Shown: positions 18,942 to 29,487, counted from the stretch's first letter. The stretch: DNA of 64,000 bases from Candidatus Bathyarchaeota archaeon (GCA_963707955.1 OY970176.1:1952001-2016000); one strand, 5' to 3'. Made by a program: numbers and translations. The notes: generated by a model not told the origin, from the sequence alone.

Positions 18942-20558
18942 TCAATTTCTGCGCAGAATTTTCTCTAAGAGCGTCAGCAGGGCTTCTTCTTGCTTTTCGT
19001 TAGTGTTGAAGCATTGAAAACTCACTTTTCTTTTCAAGCAGGCTTTTCTGGACGCTTTCAGGATCGATTTTCCCCAATTTTCGGAGTCGTTGAGCAGTAT
19101 GACCATTTCATAACTATTGTGTGCAATATACTCGGCTACTTGGTCTGCAACGTAACTCGCCGTTTGCGGGTCGGGAGGAAGAACGGTCTCATACTGCGAA
19201 AGCGGATAGACCTCGTCGAGCTCGTGTGGAACTATGCCGAAGGGGGCAGCGTAGAAGCACGCGTGGACCTTGCTTTGCTTCGCCCCCAGCTTGTCGGACA
19301 GTTGACTTCCAAGTTTCCTGAAATCTCTGGACTTGTGAAAAGGCTTCATTCTGGTTTGAGGTACGAGCAGCAGAATGCTTGAGCCCGGAGGCGCGTATCT
19401 TCCTGCAAGTCTCTTCCTGTGGCGAACAACTTCTGGTCTGGTCAAGTCAACGTAGTCGAAGAAGAAGAGTCCGCTGTTTTTCACCTCAGGATCATTCTTT
19501 TCGATGAAATCTTTGTATTTTCCCAGTCTTCTGAATGCCTGAAGGAGCGAAGGGTGTCCGTGTGCGCGCATCTCCAAGTGTTCCCAAAGTCTGCCGTCCT
19601 TTATTGCCTGCTTCACGCGCTTCATCTCGGCGGCACAGACATGGAGGTTGTGTTCCGCAAGGAACACTTGCCTGTCGGTTGAAGGCATCTCGGATACCTC
19701 TTTCGGGGTTGTTCTTGTGCATCTTGGACACGCACATGGGAAATACTCCAGCTCTTCAAGCCTTGCTGTGCCCGTCTCCGTCATGTAACGATTTTCTTTT
19801 GCGAACAGGGAGTAAGCTGCTGAGTCGAAGAAGTCGCATCCGAGGGCCACTGCCAGAGCGAACATGAAGGGGTGCCCTGCCCCGAAAAGGTGGAGGGGCC
19901 GCTCAACGGGTAAGTTCATCTTCGCAGCCATTATCATGTCAACCAAAACGTCAAACCTGTAGCGTTCCATAACTTCGGTGGGGCTTCCCAGCGCGTTTAT
20001 CTCGAACGGCAGCTTTCCCATCGCTTTTGCCGATTTGGCCACGAGGTCTAGGTATCTTCCTCCTTGAACTGGGCCGACCCAGAGAATGTCGTCTCTAGTT
20101 TTCTGTTTGAAAAAGTCCTTTGCACGCTTCGACGTTTCTTTCACAGTCTCGCTTGCATCTTTTTTCGTCACCTTCCAACCTGTCGGTATGTCCAGTATCG
20201 TGGCGATGTCTGAACCTATCATCTCTTGGTACTCAACGATTTCTTTCGGGGTTACTTCCACGTCTCCGTAGACCAGGATCTGGTACGCCCCAGAATCAGT
20301 CATCACCGTTCCTTTGAAATCCAGAAATTCGTGCAAACCGTTTTGTGCGGGCTGGTTCTGTGAGTGTTTTTTCAGTATGTAAGCGTTGGTTATCAGGGCC
20401 TCAAAGCCAAACTCTTCACGGATCTTTCTCGGAGAGATCGGCTGGATTGTCGGGTTTACCACTGGAAAAAGCAGGGGAGTCTCGATTGTTCCGCTCTTTG
20501 TTCTGAGTCGGCCGACCCTTGCAAGCAAAGCTTTTTCTCTGATTTCAAAGGACATCAT
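18942..20558 (-). CDS. tgtA: Archaeosine tRNA-guanine(15) transglycosylase
   Basis: DSGAYQ, LDIPTG, HLFGAGHP, FDSAAY, CACPRC...H zinc site. Confidence 0.93.
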   Translation of the reverse strand: MMSFEIREKALLARVGRLRTKSGTIETPLLFPVVNPTIQPISPRKIREEFGFEALITNAYILKKHSQNQPAQNGLHEFLDFKGTVMTDSGAYQILVYGDVEVTPKEIVEYQEMIGSDIATILDIPTGWKVTKKDASETVKETSKRAKDFFKQKTRDDILWVGPVQGGRYLDLVAKSAKAMGKLPFEINALGSPTEVMERYRFDVLVDMIMAAKMNLPVERPLHLFGAGHPFMFALAVALGCDFFDSAAYSLFAKENRYMTETGTARLEELEYFPCACPRCTRTTPKEVSEMPSTDRQVFLAEHNLHVCAAEMKRVKQAIKDGRLWEHLEMRAHGHPSLLQAFRRLGKYKDFIEKNDPEVKNSGLFFFDYVDLTRPEVVRHRKRLAGRYAPPGSSILLLVPQTRMKPFHKSRDFRKLGSQLSDKLGAKQSKVHACFYAAPFGIVPHELDEVYPLSQYETVLPPDPQTASYVADQVAEYIAHNSYEMVILLNDSENWGKSILKASRKACLKRKVSFQCFNTNEKQEEALLTLLEKILRRN

Positions 20559-20640
20559 CAGACCTTACACAAGACTGACAGGCACAAATATAAAAAACAT
20601 TCACCACATACCATTATCGCTTAGGCTGTGTGGTTTGAGT

Positions 20641-22689
20641 ATGAGTCTGAACAAGGTTGTTAAGGAAGAGATTTCCGGCAACGTGGCTAAGTCGTTTGTG
20701 GCGCAGATCTCGCGTTTCCACAGGATTCAGGCTTCCACCATGTTTCATGAAGCCGCAGAGTACGTGAAGAGCGAATTGGTAAAGATGGGCTTGAACGATG
20801 CCACTATCGAACAGTTTCCTGCTGATGGAAAGAAGAAGTACTGGACGTACACTTCACCAGTCGGCTGGACGGTCAAAAGTGCTGAACTTCGCCTTATCGA
20901 GCCTCAAGAAAAGCTGATCGCGACATATGAGGATGTTCCTCAATGTTTACACACCTGCAGTAGCGCGACGCCGCCGGAAGGGGTCACGGCGGAACTCGTT
21001 GACGTTGGAGCAGGAATCAAGTCGGCGGATTACGAAGGAAAAGATGTGAAAGGAAAAATCGTGCTGGCAACAGGCAGAGCCAGACGAGTACATGAGCTGG
21101 CCGTCTACGAGTACGATGCTGCTGGCGTTATTACTGACACGATAACCTTCGAAATGCCAGACGTCAGAGAAAGCGTAGACATACCCGACGCGCACGCGTA
21201 TCAATCGATCTGGCCAAGCGCAGACGAACTTCCAAAGGTGAAATTTGGCTTCTCCCTGAGTAAACGACAGGGAAATCATCTTAGGGCCCTGCTGAAAGGC
21301 GGCAAACCAGTAAAGCTGAAAGCAACCGTGGACGCGCAGCTGTTCCCCAGCAACTTGGACGTTGTGACCGCGACCATTCCTGGCGTGTCAAAGCCAGACG
21401 AAGAAGTATTCTTGATTGCACACCTGTGCCATCCGAAGCCCAGCGCTAACGATAACGCTTCCGGCAGCGGCCTCCTTCTTGAAGTTGCCAGAACCATTAT
21501 AGCCTTGATCGCCAAAGGCAAGATTGAAAGGCCAGCTAGGACGATACGTTTCATCTGGGTTCCTGAGACCTTCGGCTCAATAGCCTATCTTCACGGCCAC
21601 GAAGACTTGCCGCCGAAGCTGGTTGCGGGGATAAACTTGGACATGGTCGGCCAAGACCAAGAGTTGTGCAAGTCCACGCTTAACCTTGACCGCACTCCAG
21701 ACTCTCTGCCTTCGTACCTGAACGATTTCGTTTTCAGCCTCATGGAAGAATCGGTGAAGGAATTTGATTCATCTTCGGCCTTCGGTTCAACATCCACGTT
21801 TCGCTACGCTACGGGTGCTTTCAGCGGGGGAAGCGATCACGCGGAATTCACTGACTCCACCATAGGCGTCCCGTGCATCATGCTGTTGCAGTGGCCTGAC
21901 CTCTACTACCACACAAGCATGGACACTATCGACAAAGTCAGTCCTGACAGTCTGAAACGTGTTGGATGGATCGCAACGGTTGCAGCCCTGACACTCGCAA
22001 GCGCTGGAGGGGAAGAAGCGTTTCTGTTGGCAACGCAGACGGCCTCAAGAGGCATCGGGAGAATCGAAGAAACTGGACGCGAAGCAGTTGAGACGATGTT
22101 CGAAAAGAAAAGGGATCAGAAGCTCAAAGACAAGCCAGAGGAACTGGCTAAGGAACTGGTGAAAACGGCGCAGCGCTACGAGAACAAGATAGAGCATCTT
22201 GTCCTGCGCGAGCAGCAAGCAGTCAAATCGGTGACGCGGGTTGGACAGACCCAAGAGTTGAAGGCGCTTCTAGACGAATACTGCAAGGACGTTGCAGATT
22301 TCGGCAAGAAGGAAGTTGCGAGGATTCTTCAAGCCTTAAACTTCGTTGCTAAAACCTGGGCATTGACACTTCCAGTCACGGTTGAAGCAGAGGACACGAA
22401 GAATGAGCTGAGGAAGTTAGTTCCCAAGAGACTCTTCAAAGGGACGCTTGATTTCGAAGCTGTCAGAAAAGGCTTGAGCGAAAAAGAGTTTGAGTGGTAC
22501 CGGGAAATCGACGAGAAAGACCGTGAATTTAACAGGAAAGCAGCTGAAATTCTAAACTTCATGGATGGAAAACGAAGCTTAAACGAAATTCTGAATGCCG
22601 TATCCGCCGAATACGGTGAGACTGATCCAGAATACGTGTTGAAGTTTCTGCGAGACTTAGAAAAGATGAGCCTCGTCGCCTTCCAATAG
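20641..22689 (+). CDS. M28-family aminopeptidase-like protein with PA domain (DUF4910-like)
   Basis: AHLCHP, ANDNASG, PET, NLDMVG, GSDH, YHTSMD; ATG 20641 avoids overlap with tgtA. Confidence 0.85.
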   Translation: MSLNKVVKEEISGNVAKSFVAQISRFHRIQASTMFHEAAEYVKSELVKMGLNDATIEQFPADGKKKYWTYTSPVGWTVKSAELRLIEPQEKLIATYEDVPQCLHTCSSATPPEGVTAELVDVGAGIKSADYEGKDVKGKIVLATGRARRVHELAVYEYDAAGVITDTITFEMPDVRESVDIPDAHAYQSIWPSADELPKVKFGFSLSKRQGNHLRALLKGGKPVKLKATVDAQLFPSNLDVVTATIPGVSKPDEEVFLIAHLCHPKPSANDNASGSGLLLEVARTIIALIAKGKIERPARTIRFIWVPETFGSIAYLHGHEDLPPKLVAGINLDMVGQDQELCKSTLNLDRTPDSLPSYLNDFVFSLMEESVKEFDSSSAFGSTSTFRYATGAFSGGSDHAEFTDSTIGVPCIMLLQWPDLYYHTSMDTIDKVSPDSLKRVGWIATVAALTLASAGGEEAFLLATQTASRGIGRIEETGREAVETMFEKKRDQKLKDKPEELAKELVKTAQRYENKIEHLVLREQQAVKSVTRVGQTQELKALLDEYCKDVADFGKKEVARILQALNFVAKTWALTLPVTVEAEDTKNELRKLVPKRLFKGTLDFEAVRKGLSEKEFEWYREIDEKDREFNRKAAEILNFMDGKRSLNEILNAVSAEYGETDPEYVLKFLRDLEKMSLVAFQ

Positions 22690-22777
22690 TCACAGGTCGT
22701 CCTGCTTCATCAAAACACACTTATACCGTTATTCTTCATCTACTACGCGTTCACGTGAGCACCAAGGATATGATAAG

Positions 22778-23530
22778 ATGGTCTGCGCGGTTGAAGTCTT
22801 CGAGAAGCCGAAGCTTCGAGATCCAGTGTTGATTGAAGGGTTGCCAGGGATAGGTTTTGTGGCCAACATCGCTGGTCTGCATTTGATCCGTGAGTTGAAG
22901 GCTGAACGTTTCGCCGAGATTCATTCTTCGGCCTTTCAAGATCTCGCGGTCACAGTTGAGAATGGGAGGACGCGGTCACCTGTGAACGAACTTTACTATT
23001 ACAAGGGCAAAGACGGTGAGCGTGACATCATCGTTTGGTATGGCAACACTCAGGCCTTGACGACTTCGGGGCAGTATGAGCTTTGCGGTCGTGTTCTTGA
23101 TGTTGCCAAAGAGTTGAGCTGCAAGTACGTGATAACCTTGGGTGGGTACAGGCAAGAAGAAGTCAAGACGCCTCCGCAGATGTACTGTGCCGCGTCCGAC
23201 CATGAAACTCTGGAGGAAGCCCTGGCCCTTGGGACCAAAATAATGGTCGGGGAAATATTCGGAATCGCTGGCATCATGGTGGGGTTGGCCAAGCTTCGAG
23301 GCGTGAAGAGTTTCTCGCTTCTCGTGGACACTTTGGGCACGCATCCGGATGTGAATGCGACGCGCACCTTACTGTCAGCTTTGAACAAGTTTTTGAGCAT
23401 GAACATTGACCTTTCAAGGCTAGACACGGCTGCAGAAGAGACTAAGAAAATACTTGAATCCTTCGGCCTTATCAGAAATGTTGCAGAAGAAAAGAAGAGA
23501 GAGGAACAGCAGTTCCGCTGGTTTATCTAG
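22778..23530 (+). CDS. Proteasome assembly chaperone (PAC2 family)
   Basis: EGLPGIGFVANIA, ITLGG, PD...A pattern. Confidence 0.88.
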   Translation: MVCAVEVFEKPKLRDPVLIEGLPGIGFVANIAGLHLIRELKAERFAEIHSSAFQDLAVTVENGRTRSPVNELYYYKGKDGERDIIVWYGNTQALTTSGQYELCGRVLDVAKELSCKYVITLGGYRQEEVKTPPQMYCAASDHETLEEALALGTKIMVGEIFGIAGIMVGLAKLRGVKSFSLLVDTLGTHPDVNATRTLLSALNKFLSMNIDLSRLDTAAEETKKILESFGLIRNVAEEKKREEQQFRWFI

Positions 23531-23955
23531 CTCTTGCCCTTAGCTTCACCCATGAATTGATCGTAGACCTTCTGTACACGCTCAGCAGCCGGACCTGAAC
23601 CTTCCACAACGCCTTTCTCAGTTATCTTAACCTTGTCCATAACCCAGATGAAACCCTTGTCTTCGTAAAGCCTAACCATGGTTGGAAACACTTTTTCAAG
23701 GCGATCAGCCAGCGCCTTCAGGTCAAAAGGCCTTTCAACGGTCAGTATCTGAGACACGGTGTTCCCGTTTACGAAAACTCTGTGAAGTATCTTTCCTTCA
23801 TCATCCTTTGCCTCTGAAAGACACAGGCTCAAAGTGTCTGGGTTGATGCCGATCAAATTGCCGCTGAACTTCTTTCCACTCGCGGTCACAACTATCACGT
23901 TCTTGTCTGCTAACGCTGACACTTCAGTGAAAAATTTTCTCTGCGCCACTGACAA
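23527..23955 (-). CDS. Sm-like archaeal protein with C-terminal domain (SmAP3 type)
   Basis: Sm fold (G.L.G.....L.L..A...VNG) plus about 65 aa C-terminal domain ending GSGPAAERV. Confidence 0.85.
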   Translation of the reverse strand: MSVAQRKFFTEVSALADKNVIVVTASGKKFSGNLIGINPDTLSLCLSEAKDDEGKILHRVFVNGNTVSQILTVERPFDLKALADRLEKVFPTMVRLYEDKGFIWVMDKVKITEKGVVEGSGPAAERVQKVYDQFMGEAKGKS

Positions 23956-24692
23956 TTCTGAACATCCACCTTACCAAAATGAATCTGTGAAAGGTCTATT
24001 TAAGATCTATAGAACTCAACTTGCAACGCAGCTCTCCCCGTTTCTAGCGCGCATGCTTGTTCCTAAATTCCCAGATTTCGCTCAAGAGGGAGGCATGACG
24101 TTTCTCGATGGTTACCGTCACGGTTCGGCTCGGTTCTTGCTTGCTCACACCCTCCCCCCCCGGGTATCCTATATGATCCAAATATGATTGAAGAGGAGAA
24201 TGAGTAGCGCAAACTGCTTCTGAAAGAATTCAGGAACGCGCTAGCGCGGTTCTTCTTGCAAGCTATCCACAAAACTGAAAGACTGACGCGCGCGTTTCCT
24301 ATTGTGGTGACTGCATCTTTCCCCTTCGCTGGTGAGCTCGCACCGACATTCCAAGTTTTGTTCTAATGATTTTACTTCTCCACTTTTTGCTCTGACTGAA
24401 TTTTGGTTCGGCTAGCGCTCGTTAGCTAGCTCTGAAATCTTCTGAAACCAGAAGACGAAGTGACAGTAAAATGCATTACACTTTCACTAATCTTGCCGAG
24501 ACTCTCTGGGAAGTGTTCGACACGCGTCTTGCTTCAGATCCGCGCAAAGTCAGTGGGGCCTTTCTCAACGCCTGTGTGCTGTACTAGTATCCTAAGGGGG
24601 AGGGGGAGGGTGGAATAGACGAGGTCAAAACGCGAATACAGGTATGTAGCATTTCTAATTCTGGGCAGAAAGTGAAAAGATCCGTGCAGCCC

Positions 24693-25193
24693 TTATTTGA
24701 TGCTGATGTCTTCTGAAAGGTAAGCGAGGTCGAATGGTTTAGTCAGTGTCCCCGTTTTCAAACTCACGATAAACGACTGAACATCCGTTATGAAGTCTGA
24801 AAACTTGGCCGTGTAGTCTCTCATGAAATCTGCGTATTTCGAGTAGTCCCTGTGAACCGACACCATGACCGCATCCTTTCCCAAGCCTTCTCCGTCGGAG
24901 GCGAAAAGAATGTTGGCATGCTGCATCGTCCACTTCTTTGCCAAGTCAAGCTTCCTTTCAACCTCTTCTTCTCCGTATGCCCTCGCCTTTGCAAAAGTTA
25001 TGGCCAAGATTTCGTAGCCGACCTTTTGGAACTCGGGGACGATCGTGTAACTTCTGATGTAGTCTTCCAGCAGCTTTCTGTTCCTCGTCACAGTCGGCTG
25101 AGACGTCCCGATTGCTCGGGCCAGTTGCCTGTCGCTTCTCCTTGAATCTCGGACCAACTCGCGCAGGAGCTTGTCCATTTTCTCTTCTTTCAT
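24693..25193 (-). CDS. Lrp/AsnC-family transcription regulator
   Basis: LLRELVRDSRRSDRQLARAIGTSQPTVTR HTH; IRSYTIVP...GY. Confidence 0.88.
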   Translation of the reverse strand: MKEEKMDKLLRELVRDSRRSDRQLARAIGTSQPTVTRNRKLLEDYIRSYTIVPEFQKVGYEILAITFAKARAYGEEEVERKLDLAKKWTMQHANILFASDGEGLGKDAVMVSVHRDYSKYADFMRDYTAKFSDFITDVQSFIVSLKTGTLTKPFDLAYLSEDISIK

Positions 25194-25265
25194 GCGTCTT
25201 CGAGGCAAAAACAGTGTACAAGCCTTTTATCGTTTTCGGCGCACGGGTCCTCAAGTCTCGATGGT

Positions 25266-26534
25266 TCAGGTCCTTTTTTCCAAGTCTTGCTTCAGCAGCA
25301 CAACGCTCTTAGGCGGGAGGTCCCGTGAGACCAGAACGTTCGGGCCGACCCAGCTGTCGTTTCCAACCTTTACGCCCGGCATGAAAAGCGCGTTTATCCC
25401 GGTCTTCACGTTGTCGCCGAAGAGTACTCCAAGCTTTGTTCTTCCGGTGTCCACAACCTTGTCTTTCACCATCATCCTGACCGTTTCAGCGTCAAGCCGA
25501 TAATTGGCGGTTATCGTGCCAGCAGCGATGTTGCAGTTTTCACCGACTACGCTGTCACCGACGTATGACAAGTGGCCTATGTGCGTGCCGTCCATCACGA
25601 TGCTGTTCTTAACCTCGCAGGCGTTTCCCACCCGCACCCTTTTGCCGACGCTCGTGTATGGTCGTATGTAGCAGTTTGGTCCCACATCGCTCTCTTCATC
25701 GATGTAGGCTGGGCCTTCAACGTATGCTCCTGAGCGTACGCGAGCCGTTTCTGCAACGGTTACCTGTCCGATCAAGTGGGCACCATTCTCGATGAAGCCG
25801 TTTATCTTGTGTTTCATCCGCATCAACGCCCAACGGTTTGCCTCCAGCAGGTCCCATGGTCTTCCAACGTCAAGCCACTGCTCGCCGGCGATCTGGGCAG
25901 CCAACACGGTCTTCTCGTTGATGAGTAGCGAGAGCGCATCTGGGATTTCCATCTCACCCCTAGCCGAAGCAGAAATCTGCTTGAGCTTACCAAAAATCTC
26001 TGTTGAAAAAACATAGATTCCAGCGTTAGCCAAGTTTGATGGGGATTCTCCACGGGCAGGTTTCTCGATTATCCGCCTCACCCTTCCTCCATCCTCAAGT
26101 TCCACTATGCCGTAGTTCTCTGGATTTTCAACAGGAACGACAGCCATGGTGGCCGTCGGCTTTTCTTTTTGATGCAAGTCGACAACGGTCCCAACAGCCT
26201 CAGCGTCGAAGAGCAGGTCTCCGTTAACGAGCAGGAAATCTTCGTGCACGAATGGTTCGACCACGCTTACCGCGTTGCCTGTTCCAAGCACCGCCTTCTG
26301 GTCGACGTATTCGATGTTCAACCCATATTTTCTACCGTCGCCAAAATATGCGCGTATGGCATCTGCCATGTAATAGACGACTATGACCGCTTCGTTCACT
26401 CCGGAAGCCTTCAAAGCGTTTAGGCAGTGTTCGAGTATTGGTTTTCCACCGACCTTTATCAGATGCTTCGGCCTAGTTGCCGTTATGGGCTGAAGCCTTA
26501 ATCCTTCTCCAGCGGCCAAGATCGCAGCTTTCAT
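25266..26534 (-). CDS. glmU: Bifunctional sugar-1-phosphate nucleotidyltransferase/acetyltransferase (archaeal GlmU)
   Basis: ILAAGEGLRL...PK, NGD, C-terminal hexapeptide repeats, HLSYVGDS; adjacent to glmM. Confidence 0.87.
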   Translation of the reverse strand: MKAAILAAGEGLRLQPITATRPKHLIKVGGKPILEHCLNALKASGVNEAVIVVYYMADAIRAYFGDGRKYGLNIEYVDQKAVLGTGNAVSVVEPFVHEDFLLVNGDLLFDAEAVGTVVDLHQKEKPTATMAVVPVENPENYGIVELEDGGRVRRIIEKPARGESPSNLANAGIYVFSTEIFGKLKQISASARGEMEIPDALSLLINEKTVLAAQIAGEQWLDVGRPWDLLEANRWALMRMKHKINGFIENGAHLIGQVTVAETARVRSGAYVEGPAYIDEESDVGPNCYIRPYTSVGKRVRVGNACEVKNSIVMDGTHIGHLSYVGDSVVGENCNIAAGTITANYRLDAETVRMMVKDKVVDTGRTKLGVLFGDNVKTGINALFMPGVKVGNDSWVGPNVLVSRDLPPKSVVLLKQDLEKRT

Positions 26535-26535
26535 C

Positions 26536-27906
26536 CTACTTCACTTTCCTAGCGGACTGCTCGACTAGCATAACGCCTTTTTCCATTATCTTCTTTGCTG
26601 TTCTTAACGATTCACCCTCAACCGTCAGCCTTATCACAGGCTCAGTGCCGGATGCCCTAATAAGGATCCATCCGTCTTCTAAGGATAAACGGACGCCGTC
26701 AACTCTTGACAGCTCGGTGTTTCCTGGAAAGACCTGCTCAAAGTTTTCACCGATTTTCTCGACAACTTCGTGTTTTGCGTCATCGTTACAAGTCATGTTC
26801 TTTCTCAGGGTTTCGTACTTGGGTGTTTCGGAGATGAGCTCTGTTAACTTCTTGCCTTCTTCATCTAGGGCTTTCAGAAGCAGGGCTGAAGAAAGTATTC
26901 CGTCTGGACAGTAGTGGAATTGAGGATGTATCCAGGCGCCGCACGGTTCTCCTCCGAAAATGGCGTTCTGCTTTTTTATTGCTTCCGAGAGGTAGATGTC
27001 GCCGACTCTTGTCCTCAGAACCTTGCCGCCATACGGCTCCACCATTTTTTCAACACACATCGAAGCCTCAACGTTTGTTACGACGATTCCACCGTTCTTC
27101 TCCTTTGTAACGTACGCGGCATAAGCGGCCAGTGCACGGTCAAAGTCTGCCAGATTTCCCTCTTCGTCTATGAAAGCCACTCGGTCACCGTCGCCGTCGT
27201 AAGCCACGCCTAAATCTGCGCCCAGCTCCACGACAGTCCTAGCGAAAGGCGCCAAAGACTCCTCGTTTGGTTCAGGGCTTCTGGCTGGAAAAAACCCGTC
27301 TGGCTGAGAGTTCAAGGCCGTAACCTTGCAGCCTAAAGATGCTAGAACTGTCGGGGCCAAGCTGAATGTTGCTCCGCAGCCCGAATCCACTATCAGATGC
27401 CGTTTCTTGCGAAGTTTCACGGCATTGCGAATCATTTCAACGTACAGGCGCGACTGGTCTTCGGATTGAGTGTCGCCGATGTCTCGCCAATCTGTCAGAT
27501 TGAACCTCTTATCCTCGATGATTTTTTCGATCGCGTTCTCACTCTGCTCACCGTAGGCCATGCTATCACTGTGGAAGATCTTTATGCCATTGTACTGAGG
27601 TGGGTTGTGTGAAGCCGTAATCATCACGCCCGCGCCTGCGTCCATTCTGCGAGTTAGAAAAGCCAACACTGGAGTCGGCAGGATTCCCATGTCTTTGACG
27701 TTGGCTCCCCCTGACAGAAGGCCAGAAACCAAGGCGTTTGCAAGCATTGCGCCTGAGCTTCTTGTGTCCCGAGCAACAAGCACCTTGCTTGCCTTGGAAA
27801 ACGCTGCAATAGCCATACCTATCTGGGCTGCCAGGACCGGTGTGAGGTCAACGTTGACCAGGCCACGCACCCCCGAGCTGCCGAACAATCTTGGCAAGCT
27901 TTCCAC
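26536..27906 (-). CDS. glmM: Phosphoglucosamine mutase
   Basis: LFGSSGVRG, ITASHNPP, DGDGDR, GGE, RASGTEP. Confidence 0.87.
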   Translation of the reverse strand: MESLPRLFGSSGVRGLVNVDLTPVLAAQIGMAIAAFSKASKVLVARDTRSSGAMLANALVSGLLSGGANVKDMGILPTPVLAFLTRRMDAGAGVMITASHNPPQYNGIKIFHSDSMAYGEQSENAIEKIIEDKRFNLTDWRDIGDTQSEDQSRLYVEMIRNAVKLRKKRHLIVDSGCGATFSLAPTVLASLGCKVTALNSQPDGFFPARSPEPNEESLAPFARTVVELGADLGVAYDGDGDRVAFIDEEGNLADFDRALAAYAAYVTKEKNGGIVVTNVEASMCVEKMVEPYGGKVLRTRVGDIYLSEAIKKQNAIFGGEPCGAWIHPQFHYCPDGILSSALLLKALDEEGKKLTELISETPKYETLRKNMTCNDDAKHEVVEKIGENFEQVFPGNTELSRVDGVRLSLEDGWILIRASGTEPVIRLTVEGESLRTAKKIMEKGVMLVEQSARKVK

Positions 27907-28017
27907 GTCACCTGAAGTATCGAACTGTCACATTGATGAAAAGGACCTGCTCCTTTAAAAGTTAGGCGACATTTCAACATCGGCGCTCGTAGCTGGTCTG
28001 CCCGTTTTCGGTCGTTG

Positions 28018-28827
28018 TTAGCCGAGAATGAGGCGTATGCACACCCAGACGATGTCACCCGCAAACAAGGCAACGATCAGACCTGCCGTGACGAATATGA
28101 GCATGGGGAGGCCCGGGGTAGCCCAAACTTTATCTCTCATGCGGCCGGCTTCGATGGCTTTATCCAATCTTTCAACCATCTCGTTTCTACCTTCGTCTTT
28201 CGGCAGGATGACCAGTTTTCTCTTGAAGCTTCCTTCTGCGTTTTCCTCGACGTCCTCCATGGGATACACGTGCCACTTCTCCTTCAACTTGCTGATGGAA
28301 ACTTTGTACCCTGTTATTAACACCAGGATCTTCTTTCCAAGAGATTCGTTCTTGTGGTCTCCTTCAAACAGGGGTTGTCGAGTTCTGAAGCGTGAAGACA
28401 CGTTGTAGAGCAGGATTGCTATTGCCGTAAGCGCTGCGAACAGTACCGAGTTGGTGAAAACGGTTATTGGGAAAAAGGTTGTTGAGATCGGTGAAGGCTG
28501 ACCTGTTAACGGTGTCAACAGCTTCTCAGGATAGAAAGGCAAGGCAAGTGCCAAGCACATGAGCGCTTTTGCGTCTGCCCCTCCGAAGCCGCCTGAGTAA
28601 TAGAGCAGTAGCGCGAAGGCCGCGGTTAAACCGAAGCAAGCACCATACCCGATCAGTTGTGAGGGTTCATAGAGAAAGAGTTCTGTGTATGTGAGTGCGA
28701 AAGATAAAGGTGCGAGCGCCAGCCAAACGTTGTCGCTTACTTCGCGGGATTTGTGGTCACTCCAAGAAGCATAAAGCAGAAAGAGCAAAACTGTCGTTGA
28801 TCTTGCTAAGTCAAATATTACTTGCAC
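28018..28827 (-). CDS. Prepilin/prearchaellin peptidase (A24, FlaK/PibD family)
   Basis: YASWSD..REV.D, GGADAKAL, C-terminal VWATPGLP. Confidence 0.9.
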   Translation of the reverse strand: MQVIFDLARSTTVLLFLLYASWSDHKSREVSDNVWLALAPLSFALTYTELFLYEPSQLIGYGACFGLTAAFALLLYYSGGFGGADAKALMCLALALPFYPEKLLTPLTGQPSPISTTFFPITVFTNSVLFAALTAIAILLYNVSSRFRTRQPLFEGDHKNESLGKKILVLITGYKVSISKLKEKWHVYPMEDVEENAEGSFKRKLVILPKDEGRNEMVERLDKAIEAGRMRDKVWATPGLPMLIFVTAGLIVALFAGDIVWVCIRLILG

Positions 28828-28936
28828 AGCGACACCGTTGCAGATCTTCTGTCGTTATTGCTCTAGAACTTAATAAGTTAGCACGTGTTGGCACAAGAAG
28901 CGTTGCGAATCGTTTAGGGCGAAGTTCTCGATTTTC

Positions 28937-29374
28937 CTAAGAGGTTCCTGCTAGCTGTCCAAATGGTCCTAGGATCTGCTCTTGAGCTATGACTTTGAAG
29001 TAATACGTTGTGCCTGACGTCCAGTTATAGTTTACCGTAATTCTCGCTACATGGCCCGCCGCGCACGTTTCCGGAAGAGATGAGCTTGTCAAGTTCTCCA
29101 GCGTTGAGGATGATGTCCCAACATAAACTTGGATTAAGTGCGCGTCAGAAGTTCCTGTGTTTTCTATGTCAATATCTATCTTGTCATTTGCGGTTCCGTA
29201 GAAATTGACGTTTGCCTGCTTCAAGAAGACGCCTGCTTGGGTTGCAGTGCTGTTCACGTAGGTCATGACCCAAGCGTACGTCACGACGATTGCCGCCACC
29301 GCTATGACTACTAACAGCAGAGTGGCAAGTATCGGTGAAATTGCTCTTCGCGACTTCACGATTTTTTCTGTCAA
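28937..29374 (-). CDS. Archaeal type IV pilin, probable major pilin
   Basis: Class III signal KSRRA|ISPILATLLLVVIAVAA; 145 aa; GGTGA SD before TTG. Confidence 0.88.
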   Translation of the reverse strand: MTEKIVKSRRAISPILATLLLVVIAVAAIVVTYAWVMTYVNSTATQAGVFLKQANVNFYGTANDKIDIDIENTGTSDAHLIQVYVGTSSSTLENLTSSSLPETCAAGHVARITVNYNWTSGTTYYFKVIAQEQILGPFGQLAGTS

Positions 29375-29427
29375 ACATGTTCACCCTTGTCTGCATAGCA
29401 AATCTCGCGATTCATTATTTAACTCGT

Positions 29428-29487
29428 ATGAACTCGAAATCCACATTCGAAACAACTGCGAAGCACACGACATGAACTCGAAATCCA
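29428..29487. repeat. Two perfect 16-bp direct repeats ATGAACTCGAAATCCA
   Basis: Copies at 29428-29443 and 29472-29487, upstream of the pilin promoter. Confidence 0.8.

Noticed and set aside
18942-20558. TgtA appears to lack a C-terminal PUA domain
   Set aside because: Short or split archaeosine TGTs are known; not novel
20386-20640. Long N-terminal extension of the M28 peptidase ORF
   Set aside because: Overlaps tgtA on the opposite strand; ATG 20641 is the plausible start
23956-24692. Replication origin call for the long spacer
   Set aside because: No canonical ORB core, no clear AT-rich unwinding element and no adjacent orc1/cdc6; kept only as a repeat finding
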